Part shown: in pieces, positions 38,831 to 49,560 of the stretch | How positions within the stretch are numbered: position 1 is the stretch's first letter | How the letters are laid out: every line of letters begins with the position of its first letter | Origin: Octopus bimaculoides | Taxonomy: Eukaryota | Direction: 5' to 3' | Assembly: GCF_001194135.2 (NCBI RefSeq) | Contig: NC_068988.1 | Span: 3,433,245-3,497,244 of the forward strand | Length of the DNA: 64,000 nt | Notes under the pieces: generated by a model | Databases searched by the model: none | Told to the model about the DNA's origin: nothing | Seen by the model: only the letters and a program-made list of their open reading frames with translations | Made by a program: the position numbers and the translations under genes

Positions 38831-38839
38831 TTATTATTT

Positions 38840-39097
38840 CATTTTATCTGAAGAATTCACTGCTACTATATCTGACACCTCCTTCATCTTCCTTGATATC
38901 ATTATCATTTCACTTCCAGCCAATTCCCATCACGCCAGGAACACCAAATCCACTAACTTCTTGTATCAATTTCTCTGATCTTTGAATTCACTGGTTTTGC
39001 AACACTGACTCAAACTTCAAAGAAATATACCAGTTTCTCAATCAAGGTTATTCTCTATTGTTGGCATATCTTGCACAGCTCTGAGCTGAAAATGACA
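38840..39097 (+). pseudogene. Penelope-like RT C-terminal relic
   Basis: DTSFIFLDIII, NSHHARNTKSTNFLYQFL (cf. SSHP.HTK.SIPYSQFLR), CNTDSNFKEIYQFLNQGYS (cf. CS....F...L...F..RGY). Confidence 0.6.
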
Positions 39098-39159
39098 CCC
39101 ATACTACTATTTACATTATTTACAATTGACAGATATTTGTCGTCATCTTGTTTGTTGTT

Positions 39160-39205
39160 AACACAACGTTTCGGCTGATACACCATCCAGCCTTCATCAG
39201 GTGTC
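39160..39205 (-). ncRNA. Minimal type I hammerhead ribozyme (intact core)
   Basis: Reverse complement: GACAC CTGATGA A GGCTG gatggtgtat CAGCC GAAA CG TT GTGTT. Confidence 0.82.
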
Positions 39206-39254
39206 TTGGGGAAATTTCGAACCTGGGTTCTCATTCCTAAGGTATTTTTCCATG

Positions 39255-39335
<81 letters not shown>

Positions 39336-39510
39336 TCACTGCCTGGAATCGAACTCAGAATCTTGGTTAAGAGTGCAGGCTACTAACCCTAAGATTCCGA
39401 GTTCAATTCCAGGCTGTGATCTGAATAATATTAATAATAGTAATAATAGCAACAACAACAACATGGAAAAATACCCTAGGAATGAGAACCCAGCTTCGAA
39501 ATTTTCCCAA

Positions 39511-39556
39511 GACACCTGATGAAGGCTGGAGGGTGTATCAGCCGAAACGTTGTGTT
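39511..39556 (+). ncRNA. Minimal type I hammerhead ribozyme (intact core)
   Basis: GACAC CTGATGA A GGCTG gagggtgtat CAGCC GAAA CG TT GTGTT. Stem I is GACAC/GUGUU, stem II is 5 bp, stem III is the palindrome ACGU, and cleavage is predicted after 39551 (GUU). Confidence 0.82.
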
Positions 39557-39887
39557 AACAACAAACAAGATGAGGACAAATATCCATCAAATGTAAATAA
39601 TGTAAATAATGTACATAATTCCTCATTTCTTAAATATAGAACTGTACCCATACTATTGCTCTCATCTCTTACTATATGCACATATTACACACACAAGTTC
39701 ACTTCCTCCTTTGTTTCCAACACAGCAGCAACCCCCACCTGCTTCACTGAAACACATACTCCTCCTCAGTTATTAAGTTTAACTCCTGGAGCTCTAATTT
39801 TACCAACAAAACTTTTCTTCCAGAAGAAACAAGCATCCTTTCAACCTCTAAGTCTACAGCATCCTAACTTCCCACATGACATACAAT

Positions 39888-41240
39888 GGCCCTGTGAGTA
39901 AAGATAGAGTAACCCAAGGATATTATACCAGATTTAGAAAGATATGGTAGTTGGAAGTTTCCTCTTACAATAAGATAATATCCCACAATGCATTTTCAGT
40001 ACCAGTACTAATTCTAACATTTGGTTTACTTGAGTGGTCTGTAGAGGAAATCCACTCTATAGACAATAAAACCTGCAAGATTCTGATATGAAGTGGAAAT
40101 CTCCATAAAAATAGTGATATCAACAGGATCTACCTAAGAGGAAATGAAGGAGCTAAAGACTTCAGATCAGTGCAGGCAGCCTTCAAATGTCACATGGTCT
40201 TACTCAGACAGCTGAACAATGGCACCAAAAATGTATACATTAACATAGTGCTGAAAACTGAAGAGAACAATATTCTATGTGTCAGAAGTAAGCTGCTCAG
40301 GAAGCATCGTTTTCCTGATAACTTCTCCCAAAACCCCCAAACAACCAGACTAACATATCTCAAAGAAGACCTGGATTTAAAATGCTCAGCACACCAAAAA
40401 AGACTATGCATGGGTATGTTTCCTGAAGACTTGAAGAAGATAGTAATATTGATTTCAAATTTTGGCAACAAACCAGCAGTTTCCAGAGAAGGGTTAAATC
40501 AATTACATCGACCCCAGTGTTCAACTGGTACTTATTTTATCAACCTCAAAAGGATGAAAGGCAGAGTCAACCCTGACAGCATTTGAACTCTGAATTTGAA
40601 AATGGCAAAAATGTCACTAAGCATTTTGTCTACTGTGCTAACGATTCTGCCAGCTTGCTGCTTTGAAGAAGATAGCAATATTGCCATGAAACAAAGCCTC
40701 TTGGACTTGTGACCACTACATCACACTTCGAAGGCTATGCATTTGCAATCCATGAACAGGAGATTGCAATCAGGTCATTAAGAATGAAATGTCCGATTTT
40801 GAACTGAAAGTTTATTTTACTTTATCTCAACAAAAAGCAATGCAACTAATCAAAGTATGCACCTAAACGATCAGCACAATTTTACCATCAAAACATCTGT
40901 CAAGGTTAAAAGTAAAAGGTTGGATATTGTTGTTTGTAACAGACAAGGAAAAGTATGTACCATTATAGAGGTCACTGTCCTGCTGATGTGAATCAAAGAG
41001 AAAGAGGATAACTATAGACAACTGCTTTGAAGCTTCCAGCTTCTAAATCCAGATTATAAATTCACTTTTATACCAATAATAATTGGCGCACTTACTTTTG
41101 AGAGTAAATGCCTAAGTGACAATCTGGATAAGCTTGGATTTTCAGAAAAAGAAACCAACCAACTAAGTCATACAACACAAATATAGTCTGTAAGTGGAAC
41201 AATAAAAATATGCAAGAATTCCCTCAAGTTTAAAATGTGA
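39888..41240 (+). pseudogene. R4/Dong-type (RLE clade) non-LTR retrotransposon, 3' half
   Basis: YTRFRKIW*LEVSSYNKIISHNAFSVPVLILTFGLLEWSVEEIHSIDNKTCKIL..GNLHKNSDINRIYL (RT thumb), TSHFEGYAFAIHEQEI, KRLDIVVCNRQGKVCTIIEV (PD-(D/E)xK region), PDYKFTFIPIIIGAL...KLGFSEKE...SGTIKICK...KM* (stop at 41238-41240). Confidence 0.88.
40452..40662 (-). mobile_element. SINE family A inserted in the R4 ORF, 21-bp TSD
   Basis: ttgaagaagatagtaatattg (40431-40451) and ttgaagaagatagcaatattg (40663-40683) flank the reverse-complement SINE (agcaagctggcagaatcgttagc...). Confidence 0.9.
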
Positions 41241-43469
41241 CATTGTTTTCGATATCTAAATTCCAATGATGAAGCTTTGTATCTTTGCCAGAAGTCAGCT
41301 CCTTTCGCAGAGGAAGAATTTAAACAATTAAAAACAGAAGAAGACATAACTACATCATACATACATATAAACGATTGCAAATTTACACGGAAACAGTGAT
41401 ATTGACAGACTCTGTCTCAGAAGAAAAAGAGGGAGCCAAGGGACTTAAAATCAATGCAGATAGTCTTTAAGTGTCACAGACTGCACCAGCTAAACAACTG
41501 CTGCAGAAATATATATATACATAAACGATGACTGCATTAAAATAAATGGTATCTAATAATTCATTGAATAATGTCGCATGACAATATGGCAACTGAAGAA
41601 GAAAAATACAATGTAACTGTCACTGGAACACTTTGAGTCATAAGTATGTTCAATCAGGCTCTATATGGAACTAAAGAGCAACAACAATAATAAAGATCTG
41701 CATTCTTCAATAGGAACCAAAACTATTTAGTTAGTAAAAGGCACAGACATTGGATATTCTATCAGCCCTAAATTTATTTAACTGGAATTAATTCTTGTCT
41801 TCACAAAATGTGAGTAATTTGTGAAGAATACTGAATGAATGCAGGTACGTTTTACAGACAGATATCACCGACGTCTACTTGGAATTCAACTGTTCTAGTG
41901 AGAATTATTAATCTCACAAGGATGCTATGTAACCATAGATTTTCTTCAAGTTATCATTTAATCAAATTTTTCTTCATAAAACTAGATACAAAACAAAACA
42001 CACCGTTGAAGAATCAAAATGTTTTTGTATTCTTGAATAAGAGATCTAATTATAACAAATAATAATTTTAGTTGTGTCTTTTGGTAAAAAAGAAAAAAAG
42101 TATAGCATATTGCTGAGAATCAAGAAAAACTGTGAGAGACTGATGCTACATTTGCCTATTTTTTTTCATAACAATTGCAAAGCTTGTGTAGAAAAATGTA
42201 TAATAAGTGACTATTGGATTTGTTAGTTTATTTTTGTGTTGTTCTGCAACACTTTGCCTGAAACCTTATTGTATAGAACTCAAGAGGTGGCTCTTCTTTT
42301 GCACACTGTTAATAAATACACCTTAGGCTTAAAACAAATTGCATGAAGCAGAGTTTTGCATGAAACAATATTTTCCTAAACTATGAAGAAATTATGCTCT
42401 TTACCTTAGGCATTCATCATTTTTTCTGTCTTCATGCACATACACAAGTAATTGAACAAATTTAGCTCTTTTCCTCCAGTTTTTACAAAATGATAATCTT
42501 TTCCTTATTTTATTTTATTTTTTTTTCTCTAACATAATAAATCATCCTAAGAACTATTTCTTACATTTGATACAAGTATATTCCATTTTTTAACCTTCTC
42601 TCTTCAAGAGTTGTATTGGCCCACAGGAATAACTTGTTAGCAAGTCTCCTTTATACCTTCTTCCTTGTGTCATGTAATATTCTGGACAAGACATTACACA
42701 TCACCTACTTATCAAATAATGGAAGATTGGATTTCCAAAACTAAATGCAAACTAAAGAGTATTTTCATGGTTTACATGAAGCTGAAGAAATGAATTAAAT
42801 AATCCAATATTTGGTGAACTTGTAAGCAAACCCAATATTAATACTATCTCGTTATTATACAAGTATTGTAGCATTTCTACTTAACTGTGGAAATATATAC
42901 ATATTATATGTATGTGTGTATTTGTTTTATATATGTGGTTGTGTGTGCGTGTAGTATAATATATGGCTTCATAGAATCATATAGCTTTCACAGAAAGCTC
43001 CTCTGGCAAGCTCAGCTAACAGACCACGTAGTAATCTAGTAGAGAATTGCATAATGCAGAGTTCCATACAACTGAAATCCGTGAAATCCTATTTTGATGA
43101 AATTATTTCATGAGGAGCGGATATAAACCATAAAGAGTCATAAAGTATGACAGGTGAATATATTCATTTAACCACATGACATCCTTAGGATTACAGCTGT
43201 TTCACACCCTTTTTCATGCAACAATATTTCCAGTGTATAAAAAATTATGTTTACATGTCAGCATTAATGTGCATGCTATGTATACAATGCAATTGTATAT
43301 TTTCAAATCAATGCAGATGAAGAAAGCCAGCTCATCAGATCACCAGAACTTCATGGTTACATCAATCATTCAGCTCTTATAGCTGAATCATGATAGATAA
43401 TAACATCCATCTTGCCTGTGGTATGGATTGGGCATAAATGCATATATACGTATGTACTTTCCTTAAAGG

Positions 43470-43715
43470 TGCCTTCTCAAGTCATGTCAACTCATAAGGG
43501 CCAGTTTCTTGGTTTCCAGGGCCTATAAATTCTCCACCTAGATGGGACGCCAACCCCTCACAGGATGACTCATTTCTGCCAGCAGAGTGGACTGCAGCAA
43601 TGTGAAATGAAGTGTCTTGCTCAAGAATACAATGAGTCACCTGGTCCAGGAATCAAAACCACAATCTTATGATCATGAACCCAACACCCTAACCATTTAG
43701 CCACACGCCTCCACA
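43470..43715 (-). mobile_element. tRNA-derived SINE (family D, CORE/V-like central domain)
   Basis: Reverse-complement head gtggaggcgtgtggctaaatggttagggtg...gttttgattcc; body gagtggactgcagcaatgtgaaatgaagtgtcttgctcaag. Confidence 0.7.
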
Positions 43716-44036
43716 TATGTGTACAGATGAGTGTATAACTGGCTTCTTTCAGTTTCCATTTACCAAATGCACTTGTTGATTTTCGATGGCCTGGGGCTAT
43801 AGCAGTAGACACATGTCCAAGGTCCCACACAGTAAGACTGAACCTAAAGCTACAAGGTAAATGTTTTCACCTCAGACTCATGTTTACCTGATGGAAAAGC
43901 ATTTCTTAAAAACTTGTACTGCAAACACGACTATGTTCTAATTTAATCTTTTTTTTTTTTAACATTTCCCTGTATTTGCATATGAGACACTATTTCTTTT
44001 GAACAATAAAGATCCAAAATTCAGCTTTATCCTCAA

Positions 44037-44251
44037 CATTTCTTATTTCTTTATTACCCACAAGGGGCTAAACATAGAGGGGACAAACGAGGACAGACAA
44101 AGGGGTTAAGTCTATTACATCAACCCCAGTGTGTACTTAAGTTATCGACCCCAAAAGGATGAAAGGCAAATTTGACCTTGGCAGAATTTGAACTCAGAAA
44201 TACCGCTAAGCATTTCGCCCGGTGTGCTAACGTTTCTGCCAGCTTGCTGCC
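44037..44251 (-). mobile_element. SINE family A with 10-bp TSD
   Basis: ttatcctcaa at 44027-44036 and 44252-44261 flanks the element. Confidence 0.88.
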
Positions 44252-44471
44252 TTATCCTCAATGTTTCTACCTGTCCCCGTCTCGTCTTCAGGACATGGAA
44301 TGCTTTTTTATTTTCTTTCTTTCTTTTTTTAATCCTGGTTGTCATTTATATAAGGGGTACCCTTGTATTTGTACTGATTTTTTCAGCAGAACTTGATCAA
44401 TACAATGCTTATCTTCTACATCATATATATCATACATATATACATGCATGTATATAGTATGTGTGTATGTA

Positions 44472-44512
<41 letters not shown>

Positions 44513-45544
44513 GCACAGACATATATGCATGAATGCATACATACATGTCTATAATGATGACCTAAGATCAAACATTCATTGGGCCAATACACACATGTAT
44601 ATGTGTGTGTGTGTGTAATATATGATAGTAGTTACTTTACAAAAAGCATTGAAAATCTTAAAAGAAATCATAAACTCAATTTGTCAAAGTTGCTAAATAA
44701 GAAAAGACCCAAGGATAAGAAGAAAAAGAGCCATAAAATATTCTGATTAAATTATTGAAGACAGGAAGTGTCTTCAAACTATAAACCTTCACACATTCTT
44801 CCTGCCATCATTCTGGAGAGGTTTGTACTCTTAACATATATTCTTTTACAGTTAATAGCAAAAAATCTAGATGTGCAGTTGCTGTTTTTTAGCCTAAGGT
44901 CACCTTAGATCAAGTAGATCTATGATCCAAAATATACTTGCTGTGACTATCTTACGTCATTTTATTCAGACATTGTGAATGTATGGCTGCATACAGTTTT
45001 TTTGTATTTAGAAAGTGATTTGAAAGTAATTTGGTAACTATTTCTAGCAATTTTAAGACTATACACAGGCTCTATTGTAGACAAATTATTTGTATATTAA
45101 AAGTGAAACTTTATAACAAGTACAAAGTAGGGCATTTCACCTTTGAGTCAGGAGGAAATACAGGGGCCATGGTCCATTATAGGGCCTATGAGACAAATGA
45201 TGTCGGTGGTGGAGGAAGATATTCTCAAGCTGGAAATCTTGCTCAAGTGCTTGTAACAGAGTGGATATTGTTTAAAGCAGCCAAGATGTCAGGGAGTAAA
45301 ATTAAACTGGGCAATAGTTAAGCCTATCACCCAAGAAGCTGTGGCTGGATTGGAACCCAGAGTGCAGGGAATTAGAACAAATACTGGACTGGGATCCAAT
45401 TCAATGTTCTGACTGTTCTGCCAGTCCACTGCTTTGCACTGAAGAACTACTCAGAATGGACTACGACCCATCTTCAAGGCACACTTGTCTTGGATTTGAT
45501 TTTCTTAGTTCCTTTTATTTCCATAACTAATTTTTTTTATAACG

Positions 45545-46325
45545 TAATGACAACAGAAGCAACATTAATCACCGAATGTTTTATTTATCTTCCACTTAAA
45601 AGTGGATGTTGTGTTAGAACACAAAATACAGCATTATTTACCAGGAGAGGGCTTTTCATGAGGATTCGCAGTGCACAAAAGCACTCATGTTAATACTGTT
45701 GACAATAACTGTCTGCTATGGATGCTGGAACTACTAGATCATGTGATTTCACCCTTCTTTGAGCTTGTCAATGACAGACGACCACACTGGAGACATAGCA
45801 GCAAATTACCCCCTCAATGGTAAATGGAATGTCAGTGTCAGTTCAGGCACTCATGTTGCAGATACCTTGTGGGTTTATTAAATCATAATTAATGGCAACA
45901 GAAGCAGTATTAATACCAAAAGGTAACATTTATCTTCCACTTAAAAGTAGATGTTGTGTTAGAACACAGAATACTGTGTTATTTCCCATAAGAGAACTTC
46001 TTTCTATAGACTTGTGCTGCATACAAGCACTTGTGTTTATATAGTGGACAGGCAATAACCATTTGCCACAGCCACCAGAAATGCCAGATCACTTGATTTC
46101 ACCCTTTCTTGTGTTTGTCAATAGAACATCAGAATCTGTTCAGGCAAGGGTGTCACCTATGGGCTTATCAGAAGATAACAGCGACAGAAGCAGTTTAAAT
46201 ACCAAAATATAATACGAATCTCCTATTTAAAGGTAATGTTGTGTTCGAACACAAAACACTGCATTATTTGGCCTGAGAAGATCTCTCATATTAATGCATG
46301 GTGCATAAAAGCACTCGTGCTTACT
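45545..46325. repeat. Diverged tandem repeat: units at 45545, 45890 and 46176 (345 bp, 286 bp, partial)
   Basis: Shared blocks acagaagca, cttccacttaaaagt, tgttgtgttagaacaca, aagcact and gatttcaccctt. Confidence 0.85.
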
Positions 46326-47189
46326 TTTTTGTTGTCATCTCATCAGCCTAATGAAACCACATTGTGCAGTGTGAGGCACTGGTTAGGATGGCTTCATTAC
46401 AGATGACTAAAGCAAATGCATATTACACAATGGGGTCTTAACTGCACAAAACTCAGATGCTCATAGATGGAGTGTCTTTAATCAGGACTGACCTCGGCAT
46501 AAACAACAACAGTTACTGATATGGGGAAGTGTGAAGTTAAATTATTTTTACCCAAATTTGAATGTTCACAATAAAGACTTTTCACTTTTAAGCTTTTTCT
46601 TAAGACGAACTAAAAATATTTCAACAGAAACCCGAACTCGTAGTTCAAGCGTAGCATTCCAGGTGTTTTACCACCGTGTTTAGTATCCATGAAAAAAGAA
46701 ATAATCAAAATTCTATATTTCAGAAATGTTCAAAAATAAACAGCTTTACTGGAAGTAAGAATTTGAACATAGTAAAGATACACATAGCAACTATTTATTG
46801 AAGTCTGTTGAGAAAAGTAAATGAATAAAAGAATAAAGTTGATTGATGAAGGTTTTGATAGTAAGTTGCCACAAGGCTAACAAATATGTGTTCATTTGTG
46901 TTGCTGTACAAGAATCATTTCTCCAGGGCATAGAATGACCAAGGATTTGACACTATCTTTGAAAATACTACCTAATACAAGCAGATATGTAATAAATATT
47001 TGCTGATATCTATTTAGGTAGGTATAGAAAGTTGGAAATGACACTAGAGGTCAACTGATACCACATACAAAATGTATTTAGTTTTGTGTTAGTTCTGCCA
47101 CTTCAGACATCATGCTAACATAACAGATATATTTAGCATCTAACCATAATTTTCACTGATTACACACACACACATATACATGCATACAT

Positions 47190-47234
<45 letters not shown>

Positions 47235-48402
47235 TCATATATGTGTGTGTGTGTATGTATATGTATGTATATAGATAGGAAAAGAGACAGAGAGAGACAG
47301 AGAGAAATGAGGCATTCATAACTTTGCTAAAATGGCATAAATAATAGTGATGGAAGAAAATATTGTCATACTGTAAACTGTATCAATAAATTGTATTTAG
47401 ATGAAAATGATAAGCAAAAAAAAAAAGGCAATAACAAAAAAGAAGAAAAATGAAGGCAAAACCATAAAAAGGACAAAGAATATTATGTGTAGAATTTGGT
47501 TATAGCATTTTTGCTTTTCATTTTGTTTCCCTTCAAACATCAGCCAAATAGTCTGCAAGATGGGCAAACATTAGATCAGTCTACAGATTACTTGCTTTAA
47601 TAAATAACTTACGTCTGTGCAATAATTGTTTTATTTCGGTTCATTGTAAGAGAAGAATGGAAACAACAATTACCAAAGACATAATAATAATAATAATAAT
47701 AATAACAATAATAATAATCAGATCTGATAGTAATTTCCTGATGACTATATATTTTCTTAGAATATAGTGTTAATAGAGTTTAGTCAATATCAACATCCTG
47801 TAGGTGGCAGCAGGGATGCCTATTTTGATTGGCAGACACAATGTTGTCACATATGAAAAACAAAGAAGAACTTCTGGTAGCTTCTGAACTATTACAACTG
47901 ATATCAGCTTGATGAAAGAGAAGAGGCATGTTTGAAAATGTGTTCATGTTTGTTTGTTTGTTGTTTGTTGTTGTTGTTGTTGCTTAATTCTGTCATCCCA
48001 ACCGACTTCTCCACTCCCAGAGGTCAGTTGTGATCAAACAGATCTGCGATCCACCTGCTCCAGTCTTGATAATTTCTATCATATTTTAACATGCATTTTT
48101 CAAAGACATTTATGTTGTTATTGATTTGTTTTTGTTAACACCACCACCACCACCACCACCACCACCACCTCCAATATGTAAGCTATGATCAAACAGCTAC
48201 GTGATCAAAGTAATCCAGCCATGACAATCCCTACCTTATGTACAAACAATTTCTCCAAAACTACATTACCTCATATGGCCTTTTTTCTTTAAAGATGGTA
48301 AAGTGCAGGAATTGGAGCTGCTATTTCTAGCAAATTGTGTAACTTTGTATAAGTTCTATCATTGTTTTTACTGTTACTGTAGAAGACTATCTGAATATAT
48401 TT

Positions 48403-48559
48403 GAAAGCCATGAGGTAAATAATATTAGATGAGCTGAGGTAGAATTAAGAGCAATAAAATTCTTTATTTTGAATCTCTTTAACAATTCAAAATAATCAAT
48501 TTAATTTCTCTTAATTCTACCTCAGTTCATCTAATTGTATTTATTTATCGCTACTTTTC
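48403..48559. mobile_element. Fold-back / MITE-like inverted repeat
   Basis: 28-bp arms attagatgagctgaggtagaattaagag (48424-48451) and ctcttaattctacctcagttcatctaat (48508-48535) with 1 mismatch. The inner ttattttgaat/attcaaaataa also pairs. Confidence 0.8.
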
Positions 48560-48694
48560 ATAAAAAAAGCCTTTCTTTTTTTGATATCTAATGTGCTTTT
48601 TCACTTATTTTCTTCTTACTCTCCCCATATCTTTTCTATGTGTAGTTTCTATTTTCTTTTTGAAACATATTTCTATTGTATATATATAGTACCT

Positions 48695-48905
48695 ACTGAC
48701 CGGCCTGCGTGCCTGTAGCACGTAAAGCACACACTACACTCTCTGAGTGGTTGGCATTAGGAAGGGCATCCAGCTGTAGAAACTCTGCCAAATCAGATTG
48801 GAGCCTGGTGTAGCCATCTGGTTCACCAGTCCTCAGTCAAATCGTCCAACCAATGCTAGCATGGAAAGCGGACGTTAAACGATGATGATGATGATGATGA
48901 TATAC
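48695..48905 (+). mobile_element. RTE-derived 3' tail, nearly identical to 14140-14300
   Basis: Long near-exact match gaaactctgccaaatcagattggagcctggtgtagccatctggttcaccagtcctcagtcaaatcgtccaac. Confidence 0.9.
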
Positions 48906-49526
48906 NNNNNNNNNNNNNNNNNNNNNNNNNNNNNNNNNNNNNNNNNNNNNNNNNNNNNNNNNNNNNNNNNNNNNNNNNNNNNNNNNNNNNNNNNNNNNNN
49001 NNNNNNNNNNNNNNNNNNNNNNNNNNNNNNNNNNNNNNNNNNNNNNNNNNNNNNNNNNNNNNNNNNNNNNNNNNNNNNNNNNNNNNNNNNNNNNNNNNNN
49101 NNNNNNNNNNNNNNNNNNNNNNNNNNNNNNNNNNNNNNNNNNNNNNNNNNNNNNNNNNNNNNNNNNNNNNNNNNNNNNNNNNNNNNNNNNNNNNNNNNNN
49201 NNNNNNNNNNNNNNNNNNNNNNNNNNNNNNNNNNNNNNNNNNNNNNNNNNNNNNNNNNNNNNNNNNNNNNNNNNNNNNNNNNNNNNNNNNNNNNNNNNNN
49301 NNNNNNNNNNNNNNNNNNNNNNNNNNNNNNNNNNNNCTGGGAGGGATAACTTCCCTTGGCAAAACAAACAGGACACAGTAGTGTGTCGATAAGCCAGCTG
49401 GAGGAGATGTCCTCCTGGGGCTAAAGCAACAGTAACATCCACCCCTAGGGTCAGCCACACTTAAGTGGCAATACACTTCACTTTATCGTGCAGTTACTGT
49501 TAATACTTCATTTAGAGAATTAACAT

Positions 49527-49560
<34 letters not shown>

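Larger units (their letters stand above)
39107..39645. mobile_element. Head-to-head inverted dimer of the hammerhead-bearing tRNA-SINE
   Basis: Minus arm 39107-39366 and plus arm 39365-39646, each with B box, (AAT)n and hammerhead. The 10-bp direct repeat acccatacta flanks it at 39097-39106 and 39646-39655. Confidence 0.9.

Noticed and set aside
45031-45321. 96-aa ORF with mixed composition
   Set aside because: It starts at TTG, has no recognisable motif and shows no convincing splice boundaries.
45545-46325. CRISPR-like array
   Set aside because: The context is eukaryotic, the units are about 300 bp and diverged throughout, and there is no repeat-spacer pattern or cas gene.
46320-46350. 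Minus-strand CTGATGAG next to the tandem repeat
   Set aside because: No stem II or GAAA follows.
47613-47644. Possible minus-strand first exon MNRNKTIIAQT|gtaagt
   Set aside because: The donor is good, but no phase-compatible downstream exon was found.
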